From positions 22,630,001 through 22,694,000 of the forward strand of contig NC_047015.1 in assembly GCF_902652985.1 (NCBI RefSeq): DNA of 64,000 nucleotides, in the 5' to 3' direction. The notes under the pieces were generated by a model. That model saw only the letters and a list, made by a program, of their open reading frames with translations, did no database searches and was not told where the DNA came from. This DNA comes from Pecten maximus (lineage: Eukaryota). Shown here piece by piece: positions 14,191 through 27,684 of this stretch (position 1 is its first letter; each line of letters starts with the position of its first letter). Position numbers and translations under genes: made by a program.

Positions 14191-14439
14191 TACGGGTCAA
14201 TGTACATAGAGGCTGAGCAGATTGGGAAGGGTGGAAAATGAGAGTGGGAGAGAGGGGACCAGGGAGGATATCAGGAAGGGTGTAGAATATGATGAAAATA
14301 TAACAAGGATGAGAAAGTAATTAAAGATTTAGATGGCGGGAGAGAGGGCAGATATTTAAAAATGGTGGGGAGAGAGGGTTGATATTATGAAGGACGGAGA
14401 GAATGCCCGTAGAGTAAGTTTAGAAAGGCTCTAAGTCTG

Positions 14440-15085
14440 TGACAGGAACGGAGGACGGAACACGTGAGGACGGATGAGGGAACATATTGGGGGAGAGGGG
14501 GCACGATGAGTGAGGAAGGAAACACACGGGGAGAGGAAAAGAGACATGAGGAGAGAGGAGAGAACACACGAGGAGAGGAAAAGAGACATGACGAGAGAGG
14601 AGGGAACACGCGAGGAGAAAGGTGGGACATGAGGAGACAGGAGGGAGCACATGAGGAGAAAGGAGGGACATGCGATGAGAGAGGAGGGAACACACAAGGA
14701 AGAGAGAGGAGGGAACACGAGAGGAGAGAGAGAGAGCTGAGGGAACACACGTGGAGAAAGGAGGGAACACACGAGGAGAAAGGTGGGACATGAGGAGATA
14801 GGAGGGAACACTTGAGGAGAAAGGAAGGGCATGCGATGAGAGAGGAGGGAACACACAAGGAGAGAGAGAGAGAGAGCTGAGGGAACACACGAGGAGAAAG
14901 GAGGAACATGCGAGGAGAGAGGAGGGAACACACAGGGGAAAAGGGGGGTAACAAATGAGGAGTGAGAGGGACACACGGGGAGAGTGGAGAGAACACAACA
15001 GGACAGAGAGAGGGGGACACAAAAGGAGAGCAGAGGGACACACGAGGGAACTGGGACACACGAGGAGAGAGGAGGACACAACGGG
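14440..15085. repeat. Purine-rich (GA) degenerate repeat tract
   Basis: GAGGGAACACACGAGGAGA-like units with (GA)n runs and internal block duplications. The + strand is nearly devoid of T. Confidence 0.85.
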
Positions 15086-16044
15086 TAAAATTAGGATAAA
15101 TAAAGATAGATGTTTCATTTCTCTACGATTAATTCCTCAAGAGTGGATTTCTTATCAAGGTCAAAGAGAGAAGGAATTGATAACGCTGATATGAAAACGT
15201 AATAGGACAAAAATCAAGTAAATCTGAAAGTAGTGATAAGCAAAGAGAGTAAGGACGAGATAACACATCATCTGGCCTATAAGTGTGCCTCGCATTTCTA
15301 GTTTTATCCATAGCCTAGCCGAGTAGCTTTGTACTGGAATGTATCACAGTGCGTGATATCTATGGTATTCGTATATCAGTATTAATGGACGATCTCCCTC
15401 CCCCGGGCCGACACATATCCCCTCCCCGGTGACGGCATCAAAGTTATTGGATAATAAAGGATGTATCCCAGACATAGATATAAAAATATCGGGCGACTTC
15501 TAAGTTTAAGCCTGAACGCCATTCTCAAAGATCCATGTTTTCTGGCAAGTGTGGCCAATGTATTCCCCCCTTGACTTCAGTCAATTCGGGACTCCGTCTA
15601 GATGTATGGAAATTCACAATTATTCAATTTCGAGGGGAAATAAAGTAGGGGAGATTCGGACTATTGTTCATTCAAATGATGCACAAATCATTCGATTTGC
15701 CACTTAGGTGAATTGACTTGGTCATTCACTGATTATTAGTGATCAACTTGCAAAAAAGTAGTTCCCCCGAGGCAGGATCTATTTAGGCGCATGATTAGTC
15801 CGCGCGAGTGACGGACACCACACGCGTCTACACGCCGTCGCCGGACATACCGGTGTCAGACAGGGAAACCAGACAATAGACCAGCCCGACGAATTAGACA
15901 CGTCGGTAAGACACAGGGATATCGTCACGGATACTGTCTAATTACCAGGCTTACATTTATATAAGTATAGACGAACGTGCTAATTGTATTGTATGTCTCT
16001 AAATAAAGGTTTCCTTGCGATTTCTTGTATTCCTTCTCACATGG

Positions 16045-17400
16045 ACACAAATGGAGCCGGGTCAGTATACCAATATCTACAACTCAATGTCATACCAATG
16101 GGGCCGGGTCAGTATACCAACATCTACAACTCAATGTCATACCAATGGGGCCGGGTCAGTATACCTACATCTACAACTCAATGTCATACCAATGGGGCCG
16201 GGTCAGTATACCTACATCTACAACTCAATGTCAGTATACCTACATCTACAACTCAATGTCAGTATACCTACATCTACAACTCAATGTCATACCAATGGGG
16301 CCGGGTCAGTATACCTACATCTACAACTCAATGTCATACCAATGGGGCCGGGTCAGTATACCTACATCTACAACTCAATGTCATACCAATGGGGCCGGGT
16401 CAGTATACCTACATCTACAACTCAATGTCATTCCGACGGGGCCGGGTCGGTATACCAACATCTACAACTCAATGTCATACCAACGGGGCCGGGTCAGTAT
16501 ACCTACATCTACAACTCAATGTCAGTATACCAACATCTACAACTCAATGTCATACCAACGGGGCCGGGTCAGTATACCTACATCTACAACTCAATGTCAG
16601 TATACCTACATCTACAACTCAATGTCATACCAACGGGGCCGGGTCAGTATACCTACATCTACAACCCAATGTCATACCAATGGGGCCGGGTCAGTATACC
16701 TACATCTACAACTCAATGTCATTCCGACGGGGCCGGGTCGGTATACCAACATCTACAACTCAATGTCAGTATACCTACATCTACAACTCAATGTCATACC
16801 AATGGGGCCGGGTCAGTATACCTACATCTACAACCCAATGTCATACCAATGGGGCCGGGTCAGTATACCTACATCTACAACTCAATGTCATACCAATGGG
16901 GCCGGGTCAGTATACCAACATCTACAACTCAATGTCATACCAACGGGGCCGGGTCAGTATACCAACATCTACAACTCAATGTCAGTATACCAACATCTAC
17001 AACTCAATGTCATACCAATGGGGCCGGGTCAGTATACCAACATCTACAACTCAATGTCAGTATACCTACATCTACAACTCAATGTCATACCAACGGGGCC
17101 GGGTCAGTATACCAACATCTACAACTCAATGTCATACCAATGGGGCCGGGTCAGTATACCAACATCTACAACTCAATGTCATACCAATGGAGCCGGGTCA
17201 GTATACCAACATCTACAACTCAATGTCATACCAATGGGGCCGGGTCAGTATACCAACATCTACAACTCAATGTCATACCAACGGGGCCGGGTCAGTATAC
17301 CTATATCTACAACTCAATGTCATAGAAATGGGGCCGGGTCAGTATACCAACATCTACAACTCAATGTCATACCAATGGGGCCGGTCAGTATACCTACATC
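16045..17400. repeat. 47-bp minisatellite interspersed with 28-bp deletion variants
   Basis: Unit GGGCCGGGTCAGTATACCWACATCTACAACTCAATGTCATACCAATG, period 47 (16104/16151). The short unit has period 28 (16203/16231/16259). Confidence 0.96.
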
Positions 17401-18231
17401 TTCGTGTCATTTTGACAAATCAAGATAACAATTCTATTTAAATTAGCTTAACGCATTCACAAAGGATGGCGAATCTTTTGAATGATCCTCAAAACTGAGC
17501 TCCATAAGGAATCGTGTACAGACTGGTAATACATTCATTGTGATAATTGTAATCTGGCTCTATGTAATTATGTGTGAGAACAGTATATAAAACTGTAAAT
17601 CTCAGTTTTTATTACCGAGATACAGAAACCCCAACTTCTTCAGCCACCAGAGGACATCTGCGTCGTGCATCTAACCCAAGTGATACACAAACTTAATTCT
17701 TCTAGACTATTTGACTGAAACTTGAAATTGGCTAAACAAGAATATAATACCGCGTTCGTCTCATTCAATACACGTATAAACCCCATTAGCGTGTGCAAAC
17801 CCTGCATGGCTTTTGGTACACGCCTTCAGTAAACTTTGATTTTCTAAATTTCGTTGCGTAACAAGACTGAGGTATACTGTTTTATTAATGATGGATGAGT
17901 TTAAATTCAAATTATTGTTATATTTAACATAGACTTCAGACAATAGGCTAGATTAAGGAATGCTGTTTTGGGAACCAGTGATTATAGGGTTCGACGGCTG
18001 TCCGGCGTCCGAACAGGTTCATACCACATTCCGGAGTGAATAAGTCGTGTAGGATCTCAGTAGTGTGTATTGACTGAGGTCACGAGACTCCCGAGTCTGC
18101 AGCACGTCTTTAGGGGCTCAAACGCATACCACGAACGTCTCAGAGTCTACAGGCCGTCCTTACCGCCCAATACCACGTCTCTGAGTATGTGTTATCCGAA
18201 TCACGAACGACGACAGGGACACACTGAAGAG

Positions 18232-18890
18232 ACCGGCTGGACGAAGACGAACACAATGGAAAGATCATTTACGAGACGACGAGGCGTAATTGAAGGGCCG
18301 TGCTGGACGACGACAAGGACACAATGGAAGGGCCGTGCTGGACGGCGACAAGGACACAATGGAAGGGCCGTGCTGGACGACGACAAAGGACACAATGGAA
18401 GGGCCGTGCTGGACGACGACAAGGACACAATGGAAGGGCCGTGCTGGACGATGACAGGGACACAATGGAAGGGCCGTGCTGGACGATGACAGGGACACAA
18501 TGGAAGGGCCATGCTGGACGATGACAGGGACACAATGGAAGGGCCGTGCTGGACGACGACAAGGACACAATGGAAGGGCCGTGCTGGACGACGACAGGGA
18601 CACAATGGAAGGGCCGTGCTGGACGATAACAGGGACACAATTGAAGGGCCGTGCTGGACGATGACAGGGACACAATTGAAGGGCCGTGATGGACGATGAC
18701 AAGGACACAATGGAAGGGCCGTGCTGGACGACGATAGGGACACAATTGAAGGGCCGTGCTGGACGATGACAGGGACACAATGGAAGGGCCGTGCTGGACG
18801 ATGACAAGGACACAATGGAAGAGCCGTGCTGGACGATGACAAGGACACAATAGAAGGGTCGTGCTGGACGACGAAGGGACACAATTGAAA
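18232..18890. repeat. 35-bp minisatellite, about 18 copies
   Basis: GGACACAATGGAAGGGCCGTGCTGGACGAYGACAR. Period 35 (18317/18352). Confidence 0.96.
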
Positions 18891-18977
18891 ACGTGAATGA
18901 CCCCGGGGGCTCCCCCTAGGACGGCGACTAAAATCATATCTAAAGGTGCCACTCATGTCTGTTTCTTTTAACAATCT

Positions 18978-19608
18978 TTTGTGTGATTAACAATGGATCT
19001 ATTGTGTGATTAACAATGGAATGTATTGTCTGATTAACAATGGAATGCATTGTCTGATTACCAATGGAATGTATTGTCTGATTAACAATGGAATGTATTG
19101 TCTGATTAACAATGGAATGTTTTGTCTGATTAAAAATGGACTGTATTGTCTGATTAACAATGGAATGTATTGTCTGATTAACAATGGACTGTATTGTCTG
19201 ATTAACAATGGAATGTATTGTGTGATTAACAATGGAATGTATTGTCTGATTAACAATGGACTGTATTGTCTGATTAACAATGGACTGTATAGTCTGATTA
19301 ACAATGGAATGTATTGTCTGATTAACAATGGAATGTATTGTCTGATTAACAATGGAATGTTTTGTCTGATTAAAAATGGACTGTATTGTCTGATTAACAA
19401 TGGAATGTATTGTCTGATTAACAATGGACTGTATTGTCTGATTAACAATGGAATGTATTGTGTGATTAACAATGGAATGTATTGTCTGATTAACAATGGA
19501 CTGTATTGTCTGATTAACAATGGACTGTATAGTCTGATTAACAATGGACTGTATTGTCTGATTAACAATGGAATGTATTGTCTGATTAACAATGGAATGT
19601 TTTGTCTA
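18978..19608. repeat. 24-bp minisatellite with a 240-bp higher-order duplication
   Basis: TGTCTGATTAACAATGGAMTGTAT. 19081-19320 is nearly identical to 19321-19560. Confidence 0.96.
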
Positions 19609-20029
19609 ACAATCGAATACATTGTCTGAGAGAGTCATTACACTGAGATATCCACTACAACACATACTGTTGATACATACAGAGATAACCGCCTGTATAG
19701 TCCAAAACTCCGTGGAAAAGCTGCTTTTTGTAAGATATGTCTTATCAATGCCCGTCTGAACGAATTCGTTTGCTCACCTCACATCTAGATATAAAGGATT
19801 ATAATGTTTTCTATTTCCTCGTTTGAATGTTAAACAGTTTAATTGTCTATGTGTGCTCAGATATAAGAAATGTTCGTCCTTTATGTGAATATGAACGAGT
19901 GGATATGTGGGATTACGAATGCTGATCACGTCATCGAGACTGGTGAATACCAGACGACTTCTAGCGGAATGTACAATACATGTACATGAACATTCAATTG
20001 GCTGAAGCCGTACCAAACCTGCTAGCATC

Positions 20030-23000
20030 AGAAGGACGATCAGAGGCTCTAACCTATAAAACAAGGAAGGCTTGCCTACAGAGGCCCCAACCTATAAAAC
20101 AGGAAGGACGGTTGTCTACAGAGGCCCCAACCTATAAAACAGGAAGGACGGTTGTCTACAGAGGCCTCAATCTATCAAACAGGAAGGACGGTGGTCTACA
20201 GAGGCCCAAGCTATAAAACAGGAAGGGTGGTGGTCTACAGAGGCCCCAACCTATAAAACAGGAAGGACGGTGGTCTACAGAGGCCCCAACATATAAAACA
20301 GGAAGGACGGTGGTCTTCAGAGGCCCCAATATATAAAACAGGAAGGACGGTGGTCTACAGAGGCCCCAACCTATAAAACAGGAAGGACGGTGGTCTTCAG
20401 AGGCCCAACCTATAAAACAGGAAGGACGCTGGTCTACAGAGGCCCCAACCTATAAAACAGGAAGGAAGGTGGTCTACAGAGGCCCAACCTATAAAACAGG
20501 AAGGACGGTGGTCTACAGAGGCCCCAATATATAAAACAGGAAGGACGGTGGCCTACAGAGGCCCCAACATATAAAACAGGAAGGACGGTGGTCTACAGAG
20601 GCCTCACCCTATAAAACAGGAAGGACGGTGGTCTACAGAGGCCCAACCTATAAAACAGGAAGGACGGTGGTCTACAGAGGCCCAACCTATAAAACAGGAA
20701 GGACGGTGGTCTACAGAGGCCCAACCTATAAAACAGGAAGGACGGTGGTCTACAGAGGCCCAACCTATAAAACAGGAAGGACGGTGGTCTACAGAGGCCC
20801 AACCTATAACACAGGAAGGACGGTGGTCTACAGAGGCCCAACCTATAAAACAGGAAGGGTGGTGGTCTACAGAGGCCCAACCTATAAAACAGGAAGGACG
20901 GTGGTCTACAGAGGCCCAACCTATAAAACAGGAAGGACGGCGCTCTACAGAGGCCCGAACATAAAAAACAGGAAGGACGGTGGTCTACAGAGGCCCAATA
21001 TATAAAACAGGAAGGACGGTGGCCTACACAGGCCTCAACCTATAAAACAGGAAGGACGGTGGTCTACAGAGGCCCCAATCTATAAAACAGGAAGGACGGT
21101 GGTCTACAGAGGCCCAACCTATAAAACAGGAAGGACGGTGGTCTACAGAGGCCCCAACCTATAAAACAGGAAGGGTGGTGGTCTACAGAGGCCCAATATA
21201 TAAAACAGGAAGGACGGTGGTCTACAGAGGCCCAATATATAAAACAGGAAGGACGGTGGCCTACACAGGCCTCAACCTATAAAACAGGAAGGACGGTGGT
21301 CTACAGAGGCCCCAATCTATTAAACAGGAAGGACGGTGGTCTACAGAGGCCCAACCTATAAAACAGGAAGGACGGTGGTCTACAGAGGCCCAACCTATAA
21401 AACAGGAAGGACGGTGGTCTACAGAGGCCCAACCTATCAAACAGGAAGGACGGTGGTCTACAGAGGCCCCAATATATAAAACAGGAAGGACGGTGGTCTA
21501 GAGAGGCCCAACATATTAAACAGGAAGGACGGTGGTCTACAGAGGCCCAACCTATAAAACAGGAATGACGCTGGTCTACAGAGGCCCCAACCTATAAAAC
21601 AGGAAGGACGGTGGTCTACAGAGGCCCAATATATAAAACAGGAAGGACGGTGGCCTACAGAGGCCCAATATATAAAACAGGAAGGACGGTGGTCTACAGA
21701 GGCCCCAACCTATAAAACAGGAAGGGTGGTGGCCTACAGAGGCCCAACCTATAAAACAGGAAGGACGGTGGTCTACAGAAGCCCAACCTATAAAACCGGA
21801 AGGACGGTGGTCTACAGAGGCCCCAATATATAAAACAGGAAGGACGGTGGTCTAGAGAGGCCCAACATATTAAACAGGAAGGACGGTGGTCTTCAGAGGC
21901 CCAACCTATAAAACAGGAAGGACGGTGGTCTACAGAGGCCCAACCTATAAAACAGGAAGGACGGTGGCCTACAGAGGCCCAACCTATAAAACAGGAAGGA
22001 CGGTGGTCTACAGAGGCCCCAATCTATCAAACAGGAAGGACGGTGGTCTACAGAGGCCCAAGCTATAAAACAGGAAGGACGATGGTCTACAGAGGCCCCA
22101 ATATATAAAACAGAAAGGACGGTGGTCTACAGAGGCCCAACCTATAAAACAGGAAGGACGGTGGTCTACAGAGGCCCAACCTATAAAACAGGAAGGACGG
22201 TGGTCTACAGAGGCCCAACCTATAAAACAGGAAGGACGGTGGTCTACAGAGGCCCCAATATATAAAACAGGAAGGACGGTGGTCTACAGAGGCCCAACCT
22301 ATAAAACAGGAAGGACGGTGCTCTACAGAGGCCCAACCTATAAAACAGGAAGGGTGGTGGTCTACAGAGGCCCCAATATATAAAACAGGAAGGACGGTGG
22401 TCTACAGAGGCCCAACCTATAAAACAGGAAGGACGGTGGTCTACAGAGGCCCCAACCTATAAAACAGGAAGGACGGTGGTCTTCAGAGGTCCAACCTATG
22501 AAACAGGAAGGACGGTGGTCTTCAGAGGCCCAACCTATAAAACAGGAAGGACGCTGGTCTACAGAGGCCCCAACCTATAAAACAGGAAGGACGGTGGTCT
22601 ACTGAGGCCCCAATATATAAAACAGGAAGGACGGTGGTCTACAGAGGCCCAATATATAAAACAGGAAGGACGGTGGTCTACTGAGGCCCCAATATATAAA
22701 ACAGGAAGGACGGTGGTCTACAGAGGCCCAATATATAAAACAGGAAGGACGGTGGTCTACTGAGGCCCCAATATATAAAACAGGAAGGACGGTGGTCTAC
22801 AGAGGCCCAATATATAAAACAGGAAGGACGGTGGTCTACAGAGGCCCAATATATAAAACAGGAAGGACGGTGGTCTACAGAGGCCCAATATATAAAACAG
22901 GAAGGACGGTGGCCTACAGAGGCCGAACATATTAAACAGGAAGGACGGTGGTCTACAGAGGCCCAATATATAAAACAGGAAGGACGGTGGCCTACAGAGG

Positions 23001-23610
23001 CCGAACATATTAAACAGGAAGGACGGTGGTCTACAGAGGCCCAATATATAAAACAGGAAGGACGGTGGTCTACAGAGGCCCAATATATAAAACAGGAAGG
23101 ACGGTGGTCTACAGAGGCCCAATATATAAAACAGGAAGGACGGTGGTCTACAGAGGCCCAATATATAAAACAGGAAGGACGGTGGTCTACAGAGGCCCAA
23201 CATATAAAACAGGAAGGGTGGTGGTCTACAGAGGCCCCAACCTATAAAACAGGAAGGACGGTGGCCTACAGAGGCCCAACCTATAAAACAGGAAGGGTGG
23301 TGGTCTACAGAGGCCCAACATATAAAACAGGAAGGACGGTGGTCTACAGAGGCCCAACATATTAAACAGGAAGGGTGGTGGTCTACAGAGGCCCAACCTA
23401 TAAAACAGGAAGGACGGTTGTCTACAGAGGCCCCAACATATAAAACAGGAAGGACGGTGGTCTACAGAGGCCCAATATATAAAACAGGAAGGACGGTGGC
23501 CTACAGAGGCCCAATATATAAAACAGGAAGGACGGTGGTCTACAGAGGCCCAACCTATAAAACAGGAAGGACGCTGGTCTCCGGGCCTACAATATAGAAA
23601 AACAGGAAGG
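20030..23610. repeat. 39/40-bp minisatellite, about 90 copies
   Basis: ACAGGAAGGACGGTGGTCTACAGAGGCCC(C)AACCTATAAA repeated. Confidence 0.97.
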
Positions 23611-25779
23611 AGGACTGGTGGTGTTCTAGGGTATAACTATTGAGGCTAATCCTGCTCAAATAACATACGGCCATTGTTGCTGTAGGTTATAATAGGTTTT
23701 TTATTGTTGCATTCTCCGATAAAATCGTGCGGATTGTTTACATTGCTTGCGTCACTACGACTTTAAATAAGCGGTGTGGTTTTATAGATGTGATTTATGC
23801 TAGTGATTGGCGATAGATCGATAGACGGCGGTAAATAACGGCTATGTACTGGTGGAAGTTCGTGTGCAGACAAGGCCTTATTGTACAATCACCCTATACT
23901 CACGAATGTTAATGAATTCGTCATACAATATCACCACTACGTCATAAGGATATCACTCACTTCCATAATGCTACTACCAGTAAACATGTCCTGTTCATTG
24001 TTTTTCTATCTAAAACATCAAGTTTATCTCGACCTGTTTATGTCACCCTGAACGAGCTGGAGACGCGCGTGAATTAAGACACACTCCAATCAAAATGCAC
24101 ACGTTCCATTGCACGACACACACCCTTACGCCGAGCCTTCTGGTCTGTAAATAAGACTAAGTGACCATGGATATATATTTTTCTGACGTCAGAGCCTCGC
24201 CAGCTGCTAAGAGAAGACGTTTGAAGTTCGGCGCAAACGTGTATCGGAGGGATTCCGAGGGCGGATGGCGATCAGGCGGCACGGCTATCGACATGGCCGC
24301 CATTCACAAAAATATACTTACAGATAATGGAGTGGCGATATGGAATTACAATTAGTGCCGGTTAGGTGTGGAGTAGCTGATTCACGGAAATGTGGGACGA
24401 GCTCCATATGTTATTGGGTATTTTCTAACGAACACGACACAAAGCTAGCTATGGGTAGGGGTCCACTATCAAATATACGTGCACCATAGCATGTTACCGC
24501 ATGTTGCGAGGCATATGATAAAAAATAATCTGGTTAATTCATTTGTTCCGCTAATGCGAGTTTACATGGTAGATGAACTCTTAATAGCAACTCGATGGTT
24601 TTACGAGAGCATATCCCAACAATAGCTGGCCGGGAGATAGCGCTGTTGTTTAGACCTATTTACCGCGCTCCAATTCATCAAGTCCTTCAATTTATTACCG
24701 AATCACCAATACATTTACCTAGCTCTCAGCGCGCTACCGAGTGGTAACGGGAGGAGGCCGGGGCTGTAACAATCAACTGTTTACGGCATCCACACTGGTA
24801 ATATGTTTAAGGAACTTTTTAAAGGACGGTGACGATATTTAGCCAGCCATCACGAAGTGAATGAATATGACACAGGGGACTTTCTGTAATTGAACTAGCT
24901 GTAGTACACAGCTGGCAATATTGTGTCTGATCCCGAGGGACAGTTCGCTATTCATAGTCCGGTCCCAGGAGGCTGGGGCAATTCTAAACGATTTCATTAC
25001 AGACAAACCACTAGGTGTTAGCCGTTTCCCGCCAGTCAAGAACAGTTACGGACATTTTGACAACGATATTGGTAATTCATAGTCCGGACAATTATACACT
25101 CATTTAAACAACTGAGAGACAGACAGGAAGCTTGCCTATAGTGTGATGTTGATGATAACCATCAAATCCTTCTTAGATCAGTAGAACAATGAATTCCATA
25201 CGTTTAGATATCTAACGTCAGCTTCATGTTTGACATATACTTCTGTACATTACAACTCCTGACATCGGTCAGTCAATCCTAATAACGACTCAGAACAGTA
25301 TTAATGTTGTGCCAGCTTGAATACATGGTATTGAGGTGAACGGACAATATCTATTCAGAATTACAACAATCGCGTGTTATTACAAAGTTAATACTGTGAC
25401 CAAAATCTCTCGCGCATTGTCTTCTGTTTCCTTAATACATTTCCTGCTGTAGAGAATACCTCCCTATTCCTACGGTAGCGACAAGATTCCAAATACACGG
25501 CTGTGAACTAGGCATGCTGCTTGGTGTTGTCAACGGGGTTTTTATATCGCACCATCATATGCAGTATCTAACACCATTCAATAGTAGGCGATCCGTGAGA
25601 TGTAATCCTATTACTGGGACAACCTAACATAGAAACAACTCGAGTTTGATCTTTCAACCGGAAGTTTAGGGAAATCGGATAATCAGTGATGCAAACTCGT
25701 GAAGAAATGAAGAAACCAGAAATCAAGCATACGTATAATGGGTTGAATACCACAGGGACATGATAATGTTTATAGTGTA

Positions 25780-26142
25780 GGTGTATTTCGACCTATCCTG
25801 GTCACAGGGACCCGGGAATTTGTTACAGGCTAAGTGTATTTCTACCTATCCTGGTCACAGGGACCCGAGAATTTGTTACAGTCTAAGTGTATTTCGACCT
25901 ATCCTGGTCACAGGGACCCGGGAATTTGTTACTTCGACCTTTCCTGGTCTCAGGGACATGGTAATTTGTTACAGTCTAAGTGTGTTTGGACCTATCCTGG
26001 TCACAGGGACCCGAGGATTTGTTACAGTCTAAGTGTATTTCGACCTATCCTGGTCACAGGGACCCGGGAATTTGTTACTTCGACCTTTCCTGGTCTCAGG
26101 GACATGGTAATTTGTTACAGTCTAAGCGTGTTTGGACCTATC
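25780..26142. repeat. Composite ~45-55 bp tandem repeat with a ~150-bp higher-order duplication
   Basis: CGACCTATCCTGGTCACAGGGACCCGGGAATTTGTTAC and its variants recur in the same order. Confidence 0.88.
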
Positions 26143-26144
26143 TT

Positions 26145-26395
26145 AGTAACGGTGACATTTTCACGCCAATCTGGAAATATGACCTAACAGTCTGTGTAAA
26201 ATGAAAAATTTCCAATAATGTATACAATTTTCTCAAGTGAATGTAAAGAGAACAGGTTACTGGTTTTTGTGTCGCCTAAGGCCAAAGGTTAATGTCACTG
26301 TTACCAAAAATACTAAATTCGTTGCCTTGTGATTACTCTTGTAATCACCAAACTTTCTGCGCAGGCGACACATCAACCTCCGTGGATTTCTTGTT
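26145..26395 (+). mobile_element. Probable 3'-end remnant of a second HINE/Helentron
   Basis: AAAGGTTAATGTCACTGTTACCAAAAATA core-like motif, and a terminus GCAGGCGACACATCAACCTCCGTGGATTTCTTGTT ending in CTTGTT like the element at 9426. Confidence 0.4.
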
Positions 26396-26929
26396 CTTAT
26401 TCAGATTACTATATGAGGTGATTATTTACGTCTGTTTTGATTCGATCACTTGACCTGCTGTTTTTATCCCACGACAAGCTGCGATAATGATGCCTCGAAG
26501 TTAAATATGAATAAATATCGACCAGTGCCAAGAAAGCGATCACGTACCAGTAATGAGCTCATTTGATATATTTGCACTGTGGCCTTTGTCTACCGCCGGT
26601 AAATAGGAACTTACAACTCTGTCACTCCCATTGAACATGTTAGCTCTCTACACTTTCGATCATAAGTCAGTTGGTATATATCCCTCCTCTTACCATCCCT
26701 CCTTCCAACTCATCCCATTGAAACCGACCTCCTTATCTTTGCGCCTACCCTGTTGAAATCATATCTAGACTCGTGCCGACCATTTAAAACTGAATCATAT
26801 TGATTTCCGTCATGTTTTCAACACGACTTGGTGTCATATGATTAAAACTATCCAATACAATTGATCGCTTTATCATTCAATACAAATAAACTCATTGTGG
26901 TCCCATAAATAAATCGCATTATAGCCAAA

Positions 26930-27235
26930 CCCAATTAACCGTACTATGATCCAATACAATTAACGGTACTATGATCCAATATAATTAACGGTACTAAGAT
27001 CCAATACAATTAACCGTACTATAATCCAATATAATTAACGGTACTGTGATACAATACAATTAACCGTTCTATGATCAAATACAATTAACTGTACTATGAT
27101 CCAATAAAATTAACCGTTCTATGCTAAAATGCAATTTAACCGTACTATGATCCAATACAATTTACCGTACTATGATCCAATATAATTAACGGTACTAAGA
27201 TCCAATACAATTAACCGTACTATGACCCAATAAAT
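26930..27235. repeat. 25-bp AT-rich minisatellite
   Basis: ATTAACCGTACTATGATCCAATACA repeated about 12 times. Confidence 0.92.
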
Positions 27236-27684
27236 TGATTTTGCTGTAATATGATCTAATATACAATGATATGTTATACTGTGACTGAGAACTTATCCGA
27301 TCGTTTCACACGGACCCCTGGACGTATCACATCCAGATTAGCATACTATATTGCTGGATAGGAGCGCCGATGTTTACTAGGCAAATATTTATCAACAAAC
27401 ATCCAACATTTTTATAATACGTGCTTGACGTTTTTCGGTGATTTTATGACACCGATTAACTAGCTAAATTAATTGTTATGACCCGCGCAATCATTGTTTT
27501 GTCATAAAGAGGACGTTTACAAGCAAACATTATCATACTGAACGTCACACAAAGAAGACGCCAACAGATAATGGAGTGCTGTTAGAAGTGTTGTACATAT
27601 TGACAGACTGTACAGGACTAGCGTAACGTTGTTTGGGAGACTAGGTTGATCTGTCTTGTTCGTGAAATAATGTTTTGTTCACTA

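Noticed and set aside
15984-17441. Three overlapping 436-485 aa ORFs
   Set aside because: The 47/28-bp units cycle through frames, so these are repeat artefacts.
24161-24355. GC-rich patch with a 64-aa ORF and a possible transposon terminus (CATGGATATATATTTTTTCTGACGTCAGAGCC)
   Set aside because: I found no matching second terminus or TSD, and no recognisable protein.
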